Made by a program: the position numbers and the translations under genes. From assembly GCA_001687465.1 (NCBI GenBank), contig LVLI01000173.1:62001-126000 (forward strand): DNA of 64,000 nt. The letters run 5' to 3'. The stretch's first letter is position 1; every line of letters begins with the position of its first letter. Shown here piece by piece: positions 1 to 9,847 of this stretch. Source of the DNA: Halocafeteria seosinensis (Eukaryota). The notes below the pieces were generated by a model. The model saw only the letters and a list, made by a program, of their open reading frames with translations, was not told where the DNA came from and did not search any database.

Positions 1-29
1 ATAACTTTTCAAGCTTCGGGCTTGACTGC

Positions 30-146
30 ACTTTGACAATATTACTTCCGGAAATACACTCTCTATTTGTGGCACGCATAGCTTTACTTTGACAATATTA
101 CCTTGTACTGGAAATACACTTTGTACATTTGTGGCTCGCATAGCTT
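30..146. repeat. Imperfect tandem direct repeat, 2 copies of ~56-61 nt
   Basis: actttgacaatattac...ggaaatacact...atttgtggc(a/t)cgcatagctt at 30-85 and again at 86-146. Confidence 0.85.
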
Positions 147-1025
147 CTGAGTAACACTGCCTCCTTCACCATTCCAGGATACGATTGCAAATAGAATAGA
201 CGAGTATTTTATGAGAATTCTCTCTCAATTCTAGTATCCGCTACACACAAGATGACCATTCGCATTCGTAACTGACCTAAGGGGCTGATATTACACCAGA
301 GATTGAACTCACGCAAACAGTAACAGTAATCTAAAGTGCAACCAACAACAAACATCGTTGGCAGCTGGTACCTAACGCAAGAGAAAGTACCTCTGCGCTG
401 GCGTTGAGTAAGGCGAAGGATGACACGCTGAAGAACAGTCACACACTGTATCACGAAAGCCTGCAGTGGGGTAACTGGTCTCTGGAGCTTCACGGAAACA
501 TTGTGCATTTCATACAAGCGTATATGGTACAGGACATGTGGAAGCGTGAGTTCTCCCCGTATGGGGCGCACCATTACGACTCAGTACAGTAGTAAAGGCC
601 CTTACTAAAGGAACGAGTCGATCAGAGTGGTACCACCGGTACCACTCTTCAATTGAACCAGGGTGTGGACATCCAACTGCAGGTGGGCCATCAGTCATAT
701 TTTCGTCGTCGTGCTGACTGAGGCTGATCCCATTCCTAATCGTCCATCTCCCACGAAGTACTGTAGTTCCTGGAACTTCCTTCCCCAAAGACCAGTAACT
801 TCCGAGTCGAAGTTCCGCTTCGTTCCGGACAATCATATCTTCGACTCCAGCAAGACCGTGCAATCAAATCTTGGACCCTGAATTTGGTCCATTATAGTGA
901 CTAATTTGGACTGCTATGTGGGTTGACTGCATGTATGTCGACTTGTTTTGTACATTGTAGCTCCTTGGGGGTGTCGTTGGGGACGTTGTACTGGTGAATT
1001 CTGGCCGAAACAGCAAGTTGAAGAA

Positions 1026-3008
1026 ATGAGCTCGTTTTTCAAGCGCATGGGCGATTTTGTCCATACTTTTGCCAATTTAGACCGTCTAAACGAAGGATCC
1101 GTGGATCAGGGGCCACAGGAGACATGTCAAGAGCAACAGGAACAAGAGACATCCAATGGAAGCAGCGCTGTGGGAACGGTAGGCAGTGTAATAGGGTCCT
1201 TTCTGCAGCCACCAGCGTCTCCACAGGACCAAAATCAAGCTCATTCAGGTCATACAAGCCATTCCGAGGTCCATAAAAAGTCAAAGAAGAAAGGTTCCTC
1301 CCAGAAACAACCGTCAGATTTAACATATGTCATCAAAAATGTGATTGGGATGGGATTTCCGAGCACACAGTCTACTCGAATCAAGGCTCACCCGGGGATG
1401 GATAGCTCTATTGTCGCTGATTATCTTAAGCATACCCACGGAGATGATCATTTTATGGTTTGGAACTTGTCGGAAGAGTCCTACGATTACTCGATGTTCT
1501 GCAATCAGGTCATCGAGTACTCCTTCAAGGGCCACCCGGCGCCCCCGTTGGGATTGTTATTCAAATTGGTGACTTCCATTGAGAGTTGGTTAGTGGCCGA
1601 TGAAGCCAATAATGTGGCCGTTGTACATTGTATGACAGGCAAAGGACGCACTTGTGTGGTGCTGGCAGCACTGCTGACGTGGATGCAGCGGTTTGCCAAT
1701 CCGATGAGAGCACTGGAATACGTTTGCACCAAGAGGCAACTGGACCCGGACACTGCTATCAATCCTAGCCAAAAACGATATTTGCAATACTTTATGTACA
1801 TGTATGAAGGAGTAAAGCCGCGATCTGAACCAATGGTTCTTCGACGTGTGATTATGAATGGAATTCCGACTTTCGAGGATGTGCCGCAGAGTACCAGAGT
1901 TCCAATGACACAAGATGAAGAAGACGAGGAGTACCAAGCCGAGGGTACTGGTTCGACTAAGGCTGGATGCCGACCTTTATTACAAATATTCCGAAACGGA
2001 CAACTGCTCTTCTCGTCTGCTTGGAAGCTCAAAGAGGAACAGCAGGAAGAGTTTGGCACTAGCAAGCTGGTATGGTGCAGCGAAGAAGAAGGATCAATGC
2101 GATTCCCAGTGGATCTCCCCCTAAAGGGAGATGCCCTTATACGTTGTAGACACATTACTGAGTCAAATAAGCGGGTATCTATGTTTCGAGCGGCACTTCA
2201 TATCGGTTATATCCCAAGACAAGTCCTTCGACTATCCAAGATGGATGTCGATATGGCGTGTAACGATAACCGCTTTCCGGATGATTTCTTCCTTGAGCTA
2301 GTGTTTGAGCCAGTTCAGAGTTCGAATGCAAGTACACGCGGCACCAATACAGTTACACCAAAGACCGAGGGAAGCGACTCCGGAGCACTAGAGGTCCGCG
2401 GACAAGATACAGGACCATATGATGCAATGTTGCAGGCTGACAGCTCGTTTTGGGAAGAAGTGTCAAAGAAGAAGGAGAAACGTGGTCAAGACGCTTCGCT
2501 TGTAGTCTTTGGAGACAATGAAGAATCCACTAGCCTGCCATCTGTCTCTAGTGCAAACCAAGTAGCCGTCACTGCAGCAGCTGATGCGCCACATAAGCAA
2601 GTAGCCACCTTTGGAATAGCAGGAGATTCGGATGAGGAAGATGAAACTCAGAGTGCTCCAGAGAGCGGGAACGCCCACGCGGAAAATCAAACGAGCTCTC
2701 AAATAGCGTCTCATAGCAGCGCGGTACAAAGTTCAAGTGCAATGACTGAAGCGTCGCAGACAATGTCTGCTCAACAGGAGGGACATGGTGATACTTTGGA
2801 CCAGGGTGCCAGCAACAAGGATCAGTCGCACGATCAAGATGCTCCCAATACTGAAGAGGTTTTAGATGTCGATGATATCAATGATGCAGATTTACTTGGT
2901 AACAATGATGCAGGAGAGAACGACGAAGCCGAGGATGAAGAGCAGCTGGAAGAACTTGAACAGTACTTGGCCTCCCTTGATACGGGAAGTGAAAACACAG
3001 GGAAGTGA
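1026..3008 (+). CDS. PTEN/tensin/auxilin-type phosphatase domain + C2 domain protein with long acidic disordered tail
   Basis: DLTYV..NVIGMGFP, FMVWNLSEE.YD, P-loop HCMTGKGRT, PSQKRYLQYF, then C2-tensin motifs (CRPLLQI, LKGDALIRC.H, MFRAALHIGYI, FPDDFFLELVF). First true ATG is at 1026; the ORF-track start at 948 is a non-ATG codon. Confidence 0.9.
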   Translation: MSSFFKRMGDFVHTFANLDRLNEGSVDQGPQETCQEQQEQETSNGSSAVGTVGSVIGSFLQPPASPQDQNQAHSGHTSHSEVHKKSKKKGSSQKQPSDLTYVIKNVIGMGFPSTQSTRIKAHPGMDSSIVADYLKHTHGDDHFMVWNLSEESYDYSMFCNQVIEYSFKGHPAPPLGLLFKLVTSIESWLVADEANNVAVVHCMTGKGRTCVVLAALLTWMQRFANPMRALEYVCTKRQLDPDTAINPSQKRYLQYFMYMYEGVKPRSEPMVLRRVIMNGIPTFEDVPQSTRVPMTQDEEDEEYQAEGTGSTKAGCRPLLQIFRNGQLLFSSAWKLKEEQQEEFGTSKLVWCSEEEGSMRFPVDLPLKGDALIRCRHITESNKRVSMFRAALHIGYIPRQVLRLSKMDVDMACNDNRFPDDFFLELVFEPVQSSNASTRGTNTVTPKTEGSDSGALEVRGQDTGPYDAMLQADSSFWEEVSKKKEKRGQDASLVVFGDNEESTSLPSVSSANQVAVTAAADAPHKQVATFGIAGDSDEEDETQSAPESGNAHAENQTSSQIASHSSAVQSSSAMTEASQTMSAQQEGHGDTLDQGASNKDQSHDQDAPNTEEVLDVDDINDADLLGNNDAGENDEAEDEEQLEELEQYLASLDTGSENTGK

Positions 3009-3650
3009 AACTCTTCCCGAACAATGATGGGGCTGTGTCATACCGGACACTACCGTTGAAAAGTACTACGGCTATGACCAATGTAGATCCCGTCGCACAA
3101 GCCGGAAGTGCTTCTGTGCTAGACTCCGTGAAGAATGCGGTATTCGATGCGCTTTTCAGTGGATTACTATTGCACATTGCCCAACGATAACGATATTTGC
3201 TTGAACAATATCGTCAGCCATACTGTTCGTTCGGCAGAGAATTTTGTACACTGAGCTCACGGCAACTACTTTTGCATAACGAGTCATGGCTTACAAGCCC
3301 AACTCAATTTCCCATCGAGAACCGAACGCGACAAAAAAACAACTCGATCTGGCAGCAATCTACTTCCAGCCAGTCAATACACGACAATCTTTTCTTTCAT
3401 CTGTTTCATTTTTGGTCGATTTTCCTGTTGCTGTCGTTTTCACCACGCTATTCTTGATAGAGTTGTTGGAGAAGGAGGATTTAAATATTGGTATCGTCGT
3501 TTGATCGGGGAAATGGGGACGAATATGCCCTCGATTCATTGATTTGGCTCCCGTGAACGGAAAATTCAGTCGCAAAATCGGCGTTTTTTCCCGTTCTTTG
3601 TCCATTTTCTCACTCATTAAGCTTCCCCGCCCCTTCCCCAGTCCAAAATT

Positions 3651-6011
3651 GTGATGGCGCGTGGTTATAAGACACTATACAATGGAATATGTGGATGCCC
3701 AGCCTCTCTTTGGATGGGGATTTTCCTGGTTCTGGTCAAATGCGGGAGTGGAATTGGCGGTCAATACATGTATGGCCATTATAGTCCATTGTCGAGTGTT
3801 TCCGATGATTTACATGAAGTTCCACCTGTGGAATCTCATACTGACATCATGCGACAGAGTCTGGGCCAATGGTCGTGCAGGGAGGAAGATAGAATGGGAA
3901 CGAGGAAATTGGAAGTCAACCAGTTAAATGCTACTAGTACCTCGAAAATACAGGTATGGAAAAGAACTAGTGCAGAGAGTGTGGATGGGTTCAAAACTTG
4001 CGAGATTAATCCCTCAATAACAGCTGGTAGCGGAGGAATCAAGAGAGCGCTGATAATGGTCATGGTCGTTTCGATGTTTCTGGTCAAACCGATTCAAGTA
4101 TATCGATTGTTATGCCTTCGTGTAGTATTAATCGACGAAACCAAAGCGGGAGTTCGGCATAAGCAGTTTTCCTGGAGAAAGCCACATCCCAAAGGGTCCT
4201 ACGGTATGCGTGTACTGCTACGGCTTTGGACGGTGATTTTCTTGATCGGGTTCTTCTGTGTGGGTTCAATTCCCCTCTCCAGCAACCCCATTGACTTGCG
4301 AAACACTATTTTGGAAGGGAATGCACCGTGTATCAAGTATAATCCAGAAACGAGACACTTTAATGTGACATGTGAGGTGCTCAACTGGAAGGACCACAAG
4401 TATACGGACCGCCATTTTATCTCCCTCAGGGCCAACGAGACGTTTGACGGCAGAAGTGGAAACAAGATCAATCTAACCAACATTGAGGAATTTCGTGGGT
4501 TGTTTGGGATCGAAAATGTGCAATCCTTTAGCGAAGCTCCTATCATTCGCAATGTACATGTCGTGGGTGGTTCTACGAATAGGTTTGCTGGCTTCATCGT
4601 AGGAAAACAGCAAAAGCATTTCGTGGTCGATTCATGCAGTTCGTCAGGAGCCATCAGTGGTACTCGCAGCGGTGGTATTTGCGGAGATCTATGCGGTTCA
4701 CAATCGGGGCAGATTAGTATATCGAACTCATTTTCCACAGGGCTAGTATCAGGTCAATATGCGGGCGGTATCGCAGGAACGCAAGCGGGAAGTAACTACG
4801 GAGTGGTTAATATTGCGCGCTGTTATTCCACGGGGAGAATCGATGGAGAGGGAGCTGGGGGTATCTGTGGAGGTTTCGCTGGTGAGCGCTACGGGAAAAT
4901 TTACATTGCTCAGTCACATTCAACCGGGGACATTACCGGTATAAGCAGTGGTGGCATTGTTGGTGTGAATGCTGGCTTCTCAAACGGAACCGTATATATC
5001 GAAGAATGCTTTACCACTGGACGGATATTGGCAGCCGAGGGTGGTGGTCTCAGTGGCGGTAGAGCAGCAAAGAGTCGGGGCAAAGTTTCCATTGCGAACT
5101 GCTACAGTCGCGGAAACGTACTTGGAGACCTGGCCGGTGGTGTCTCAGGAGTCGAAGCAGGGGGGTTTACAGGTGATGTATATATAGTCGACAGCTATGC
5201 TTCTGGCCTCGTGAGTGGATCGGAGGCTGGTGGTATGATAGGCTCTATAGCAGCTGCCAACCGGATCGGTGTAGTTCACGTAAAGCACTCGGTATACAAC
5301 GGGGCCAATGGCAGTCTGCTAGTCGGGAACGATCCGAATAACACCGTCACTGCTACAGGAGTTTCAGATTCGTTGGCACTTTTGTATGGTCAATTGTATC
5401 GAGTTGATGGCATTTCGGAATGGGATGATGCCATATGGGCTGTGCCCCACGAGGACCTCTTACCTATGCTTCGCTTCCAGCTCTCCCTTGGTAGCCCGAC
5501 AACTTCCCCTACTCCCTCTGCAACAATTTCTGGAACGATTACCCCGTCACCTACAGTGTCTACTTCTAGCTCAAGAACTGCAAGTCCTACCCAAACGTCC
5601 AGTCCGATCTCGACTCAATCTTCTTCCGTGACTCTCACTCCTTCTGAACCCTCTGCAACAATTTCTGGAACGAGTAATCGCTCACCGGCAGCGTCTCCGT
5701 CTAGCTCAAGATCTTCAACTCCTAGCCGAACTTCCAGTCCGACCCCCACTCCTTCTGATATCCCCTCTCACGCAGTGACTGCAACCGGAATGATCACTAT
5801 GACACCATCCAGATTCACCGCCGCAAGCGTCTCTCCAACACTAACGAGCTTAAGTACTACCCCTGCAATCGTTTCAGCTTCAGCTGAAGCTAAACCCTAT
5901 AGAAGTGCTTCTCCGACACACTTACCCCGACCAACTCCATTAAATCGCTTGCCGCGGGAGAAAACTCTAGCTAAGAAGCTCCCGAAGATAAAATGTGGCA
6001 TATTACCCTAG
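3651..6011 (+). CDS. GLUG-type Gly-rich beta-helix surface protein with Ser/Thr/Pro stalk (copy 1); start uncertain
   Basis: Domain bounded by DLR...FDG...LPMLRFQ with ~31-aa repeats G-x-V-x-I-xx-(C/S)-(Y/F/H)-S-T-G-x-I-x-G-xx-(A/S)-G-G-I-x-G. Signal-like MRVLLRLWTVIFLIGFFCVG precedes it, and a mucin-like stalk and basic tail follow. Confidence 0.85.
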   Translation: MMARGYKTLYNGICGCPASLWMGIFLVLVKCGSGIGGQYMYGHYSPLSSVSDDLHEVPPVESHTDIMRQSLGQWSCREEDRMGTRKLEVNQLNATSTSKIQVWKRTSAESVDGFKTCEINPSITAGSGGIKRALIMVMVVSMFLVKPIQVYRLLCLRVVLIDETKAGVRHKQFSWRKPHPKGSYGMRVLLRLWTVIFLIGFFCVGSIPLSSNPIDLRNTILEGNAPCIKYNPETRHFNVTCEVLNWKDHKYTDRHFISLRANETFDGRSGNKINLTNIEEFRGLFGIENVQSFSEAPIIRNVHVVGGSTNRFAGFIVGKQQKHFVVDSCSSSGAISGTRSGGICGDLCGSQSGQISISNSFSTGLVSGQYAGGIAGTQAGSNYGVVNIARCYSTGRIDGEGAGGICGGFAGERYGKIYIAQSHSTGDITGISSGGIVGVNAGFSNGTVYIEECFTTGRILAAEGGGLSGGRAAKSRGKVSIANCYSRGNVLGDLAGGVSGVEAGGFTGDVYIVDSYASGLVSGSEAGGMIGSIAAANRIGVVHVKHSVYNGANGSLLVGNDPNNTVTATGVSDSLALLYGQLYRVDGISEWDDAIWAVPHEDLLPMLRFQLSLGSPTTSPTPSATISGTITPSPTVSTSSSRTASPTQTSSPISTQSSSVTLTPSEPSATISGTSNRSPAASPSSSRSSTPSRTSSPTPTPSDIPSHAVTATGMITMTPSRFTAASVSPTLTSLSTTPAIVSASAEAKPYRSASPTHLPRPTPLNRLPREKTLAKKLPKIKCGILP

Positions 6012-6121
6012 GAGCAGATCCCTCCGATTCCCGGTACTTCGGGTGCTGGGATGCCCCAAAAGTAGGAGGCAGGCTGCTCCGGAAATAATAATTACTCCCA
6101 CTCCGTATAACCAAGCGTCCC

Positions 6122-6178
6122 ATATATATATATATATGTACCGGGTATATATATATATATACCATGTACCTATATATA
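6122..6178. repeat. Interrupted (TA)n microsatellite
   Basis: atatatatatatatatgtaccgggtatatatatatatataccatgtacctatatata. Confidence 0.9.
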
Positions 6179-6895
6179 AATACCGTAAAACCCACAAGCA
6201 TATGGTCTTTTCCGCGGGACCTTACAGGTATTGCTTGCGTTATGGTGGAGTGAAGTGGTATTCCGCTCCTTGCTTCGGAAAATCCTTTGCCGGTCAATCA
6301 AGTACCACACCTTCTTGTATTGGAATAGTTGATTGCTGGCAAGGTAGCATTGAGGGGGAATAAAACAGCACGAGGTATCGACTACTTTCTCGTCACGCAT
6401 AGGCTTTACATGTGTAGATAGATCGAAAAAGCGGCTCCAACGGGGTCTTTTTTGGTCCTTTCGTTTCGTTTTATTTGGATTCCTCTGACGGTATGAAGCA
6501 GCGGATTACACACAGGGTATATACCTTGCATGGTTTTGACAATATGTATCGCGCTTCCATGAGATTTGTTTCAGCCTTTGTGCTAACATTGACTGCCTAG
6601 ATAACACCAGAAACTCGCTCGAGCCGGGGGTCGGATGATCAATTCATCGCTCTGTCCAATGAGTGGCCATTGGATTACCATGATCACGGCAAGGTGGTAC
6701 GAGCTTTTGGCGGCATACTGGACGAAGAAGCGCTGCCTGACTTCCAAGGCGGCTACTGCTGAGAGTAATCCATGTGACTACCAGATGGAACCCTGCATTG
6801 CACATAAAGTCAGGTGAGTCGGATCAAGTGTTTTTACCCACAAATTGCATGTCTTTGTATTGCGTTGGATTTGATTTGGCAGCCGCTTTAGTTCA

Positions 6896-8839
6896 GTGCA
6901 GCCGAGAGACTTTGGAACTCGAACTCTTCAACCCACAGCCCCATCTGGCAGTAAATGGTCGATGGACTTCATACTGACCGGTCTGACAGCTGCATTTGCC
7001 CTGCTTTTGTGGCGTGTCAGAGCGAAAATAGGGCGCGAAATTGCTTGTTTGATTGCGGTGTTGAAGGGGTTTTGCTGCTTCCGAATACTTGCCGCGCTTT
7101 CGAGGGGAATCGTCAGACTTCCAACGGTGGGGATATTGATGTCTATGAGCCTACTTCTCGCTGAAGGAGCAGATTTACGGTCTGCAATCGTAAATGGAAC
7201 AGAGGGATGTTTCCATTATATTGCGGAAGAGAAATTGTTCAAATTAAGCTGCGGTTCTCTGTCCTGGATTAATCACGGGTACACGGCTCAACACTACATA
7301 TCGTTGGGTCCAACGGAGATATTCGACGGCGGTGCCCAAGACGGGTATATGATAGACTTAAACGGAACAATCAAGTTTGAGGGCTTGTTTGTGGTTATGC
7401 CTAGCGTTTTGTCTTTCGAGGATTCTCCTTTGGTTAGAAACTTAGACGTTAGAAACGGGACGTTGGCAGACCGGGCTGGTTTCATTGTCCAGAAATTGCA
7501 AAAATTCGTTCGAGTTGATTCATGTAGCTCGTCGGGAGAAATTGCGGGAGAGCACAGTGGTGGTATCATTGGGTGGAGATGTGGAGGGATCAATGGACAA
7601 GCAGCAGTAACCAATTCACATTCGACAGGACGCGTGACGGGTAGAGAAGCTGGTGGAATTGCCGGCCGCCAAATTGGACACGATAGAGGAATCGTCAATA
7701 TAACGAACTGCTATTCCACAGGCGATATTGAAAACGTTGGAGCTGGAGGTATTTGCGGAGGCAGTGTTGGTAATTCACTTGGGCGTATATACATCACCCA
7801 TTCCTTCTCTACAGGGAAGATCCGAGGATTTAGCAGCGGTGGCATTGTCGGTAAACAGCCCGGTTGGGGCCATGGGCTAGTCTATATCAAAGAATGCTAT
7901 ACTACCGGCGAAATATCTGCGACACGTAGCGGTGGAATTAGCGGCGCTGAACCTGGAGGAGATGGGGGAGAAGTGCAGGTGATAGATTGTTATACTCGGG
8001 GAGATATACTAAGTGAAGAAGCCGGGGGAATTACAGGTTCAAAGACGGGCGGTTCTCTATTGGCAGCTACCGGTACTGTCTATGTCACGAATACCTACGC
8101 GTCCGGTATAAAGAATGCACAAGTGTCCGAAGCCGGGGGCATAATAGGAACTATTGTGAATGACATGGCCGGTATCATTGCGGTGAAACACTCCGTGTAC
8201 AACGGAGCTGGCGGGAGGGTACCGTTGGTTGGTAGTGGCATCGAAGAGCTTTCAGAAGATCAAGGTAATTCGGAGGCATTGGAGGTCATTCAAGACCAGC
8301 TGTACCACGTCAATGGTATACAGATATGGTCGGATATTTTCTGGGCAATAGGCGATGAAGATTCGAGCAGTCTGCCTATATTGCGCTTCCAACTTCCAAG
8401 TGCTTCACCATCAGTTAGCGCAACGCCAACGAAAACGGGAATCACATCGACGCCAAGTCCAACGGTGAGCTTCACGAGTACTTCGTCAAATACACCCTTG
8501 CTCTCCGAAACTAGGTCCATAAGCTCTACGCCGAGTGATACTGAAACTCCTTCCGGGACTCTGTCAGTCACTCCAACTCGTAGCAGCACACGTACTTCTT
8601 CAATGACGCCTTCCTCCAGCTCCAGTCCAAGTCCTTCCCCAACAGCGACGCAAACTAGCTCCGCAACGTCTTCATCTAGTGGTTCTCAGACAGCCACTTC
8701 GTCTCCTTCCCATACTGAAACCTCTACGTCCACACCTACGACGTCGGTGACTCCTACTCCCTCTAGTTCAAAGCAGCCACTCAGTCGCTATCGGAGGACT
8801 GCTCTGCCTCCTCAGCGAGCAAAGAGATGTACCCAATGA
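6896..8839 (+). CDS. GLUG-type beta-helix surface protein with Ser/Thr/Pro stalk (copy 2); first ATG ~6962
   Basis: AEGA-DLRSAIVNG start, FDG, GFIVQKLQKF..DSCSSSG, GGIxG repeats, LPILRFQ end, S/T stalk, tail LPPQRAKR. Confidence 0.85.
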   Translation: MQPRDFGTRTLQPTAPSGSKWSMDFILTGLTAAFALLLWRVRAKIGREIACLIAVLKGFCCFRILAALSRGIVRLPTVGILMSMSLLLAEGADLRSAIVNGTEGCFHYIAEEKLFKLSCGSLSWINHGYTAQHYISLGPTEIFDGGAQDGYMIDLNGTIKFEGLFVVMPSVLSFEDSPLVRNLDVRNGTLADRAGFIVQKLQKFVRVDSCSSSGEIAGEHSGGIIGWRCGGINGQAAVTNSHSTGRVTGREAGGIAGRQIGHDRGIVNITNCYSTGDIENVGAGGICGGSVGNSLGRIYITHSFSTGKIRGFSSGGIVGKQPGWGHGLVYIKECYTTGEISATRSGGISGAEPGGDGGEVQVIDCYTRGDILSEEAGGITGSKTGGSLLAATGTVYVTNTYASGIKNAQVSEAGGIIGTIVNDMAGIIAVKHSVYNGAGGRVPLVGSGIEELSEDQGNSEALEVIQDQLYHVNGIQIWSDIFWAIGDEDSSSLPILRFQLPSASPSVSATPTKTGITSTPSPTVSFTSTSSNTPLLSETRSISSTPSDTETPSGTLSVTPTRSSTRTSSMTPSSSSSPSPSPTATQTSSATSSSSGSQTATSSPSHTETSTSTPTTSVTPTPSSSKQPLSRYRRTALPPQRAKRCTQ

Positions 8840-9283
8840 TAACGCCAGTGGTAAGAGAGCTGCAAATCACTGTGGTGAGAAGTACAGGTTCAACAAACTT
8901 GAAACGAGGACATCCAACTGGTACGATCATCGCCTTGGTGTGTCTCGTCTGCACAATTTTCATCGCGTGCGCCTGTAGACGGGTTTCTAGCTGGTTGGTA
9001 ATCTGCCTTGACTAACTTGTGGGTTTGTGGTTTCTTTGTTTAAATCATGATCTTGATGGGTTTTGCTGGAACCGTTTCCTTGACTGTAGGCATGTATCAG
9101 GGCAAGGGAAACAATTGTATCGATAACAAATATTATGCGCCACGTAATGCCCCGGCGGAACACTTAATATGGGAGGTGAATGCTACACGAAGACAGGACG
9201 GTAGTGCTGTTTGAGTGCTGTTCGAGGTACATGTGCTGCCGGAAGTCTCAACTCTATAAGCAATCCCGGATATAGCTCCTAAT

Positions 9284-9346
9284 AAGTTGCTATGTGTGCT
9301 CAAATGAACCCAAAAAGTTGCTATGTGTGCTCAAATGAACCCAAAA
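9284..9346. repeat. Perfect 31-nt tandem duplication
   Basis: aagttgctatgtgtgctcaaatgaacccaaa at 9284-9314 and 9315-9345. Confidence 0.9.
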
Positions 9347-9847
9347 TAAGCGACCGGTATGAACATATTCTAGGGTCTGGTACACAGAATACTCAGAGCG
9401 TGGTAAATACCAGCGGTCAGTAAGCTGTGCTGTAAACTCACTACACCCCCTATTACCGCAATGCGACAGCAACCAGAAGGCACAGAACGTATCATCGCCT
9501 CCAATTAATCATCCAGTTTTGTGTCTGAATATCCGTGGAAATGCCCCATAATCGAAGAAACAAGCAATTATTGTTACCTATACAGTACTTCTTGCGCCCA
9601 GTTCGGCGCGCCAGAAACTCTGCCAACTTCATTGTGGACCGTTGAGCGCATCGAACTTTAGAGTCTGAAGTTCAGAGTCTTCAGACCTGCGCAAGTTGCA
9701 CAGTGCAACGGGCTACAAACTAGTTCCATATATAGTTTCCTCATTGTATAAGTGTAAATTAGTAGCGCAAGCACTCTAATGCAGAAATATCAGAGCTACA
9801 GAAAGCGATCAAGAGCCCGTTGAACTCATCTATCATACACATTTAAA

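Noticed and set aside
209..863. Minus-strand ORFs 510-863 and 209-574 with a possible GTAAGG donor near 590
   Set aside because: No recognisable domain and no convincing acceptor giving a consistent gene model
6422..6465. Short GC stretch followed by T-runs resembling an intrinsic terminator
   Set aside because: Eukaryotic context and a weak stem
9284..9346. 31-nt repeat as a CRISPR array
   Set aside because: Two adjacent copies with no spacer and no cas genes
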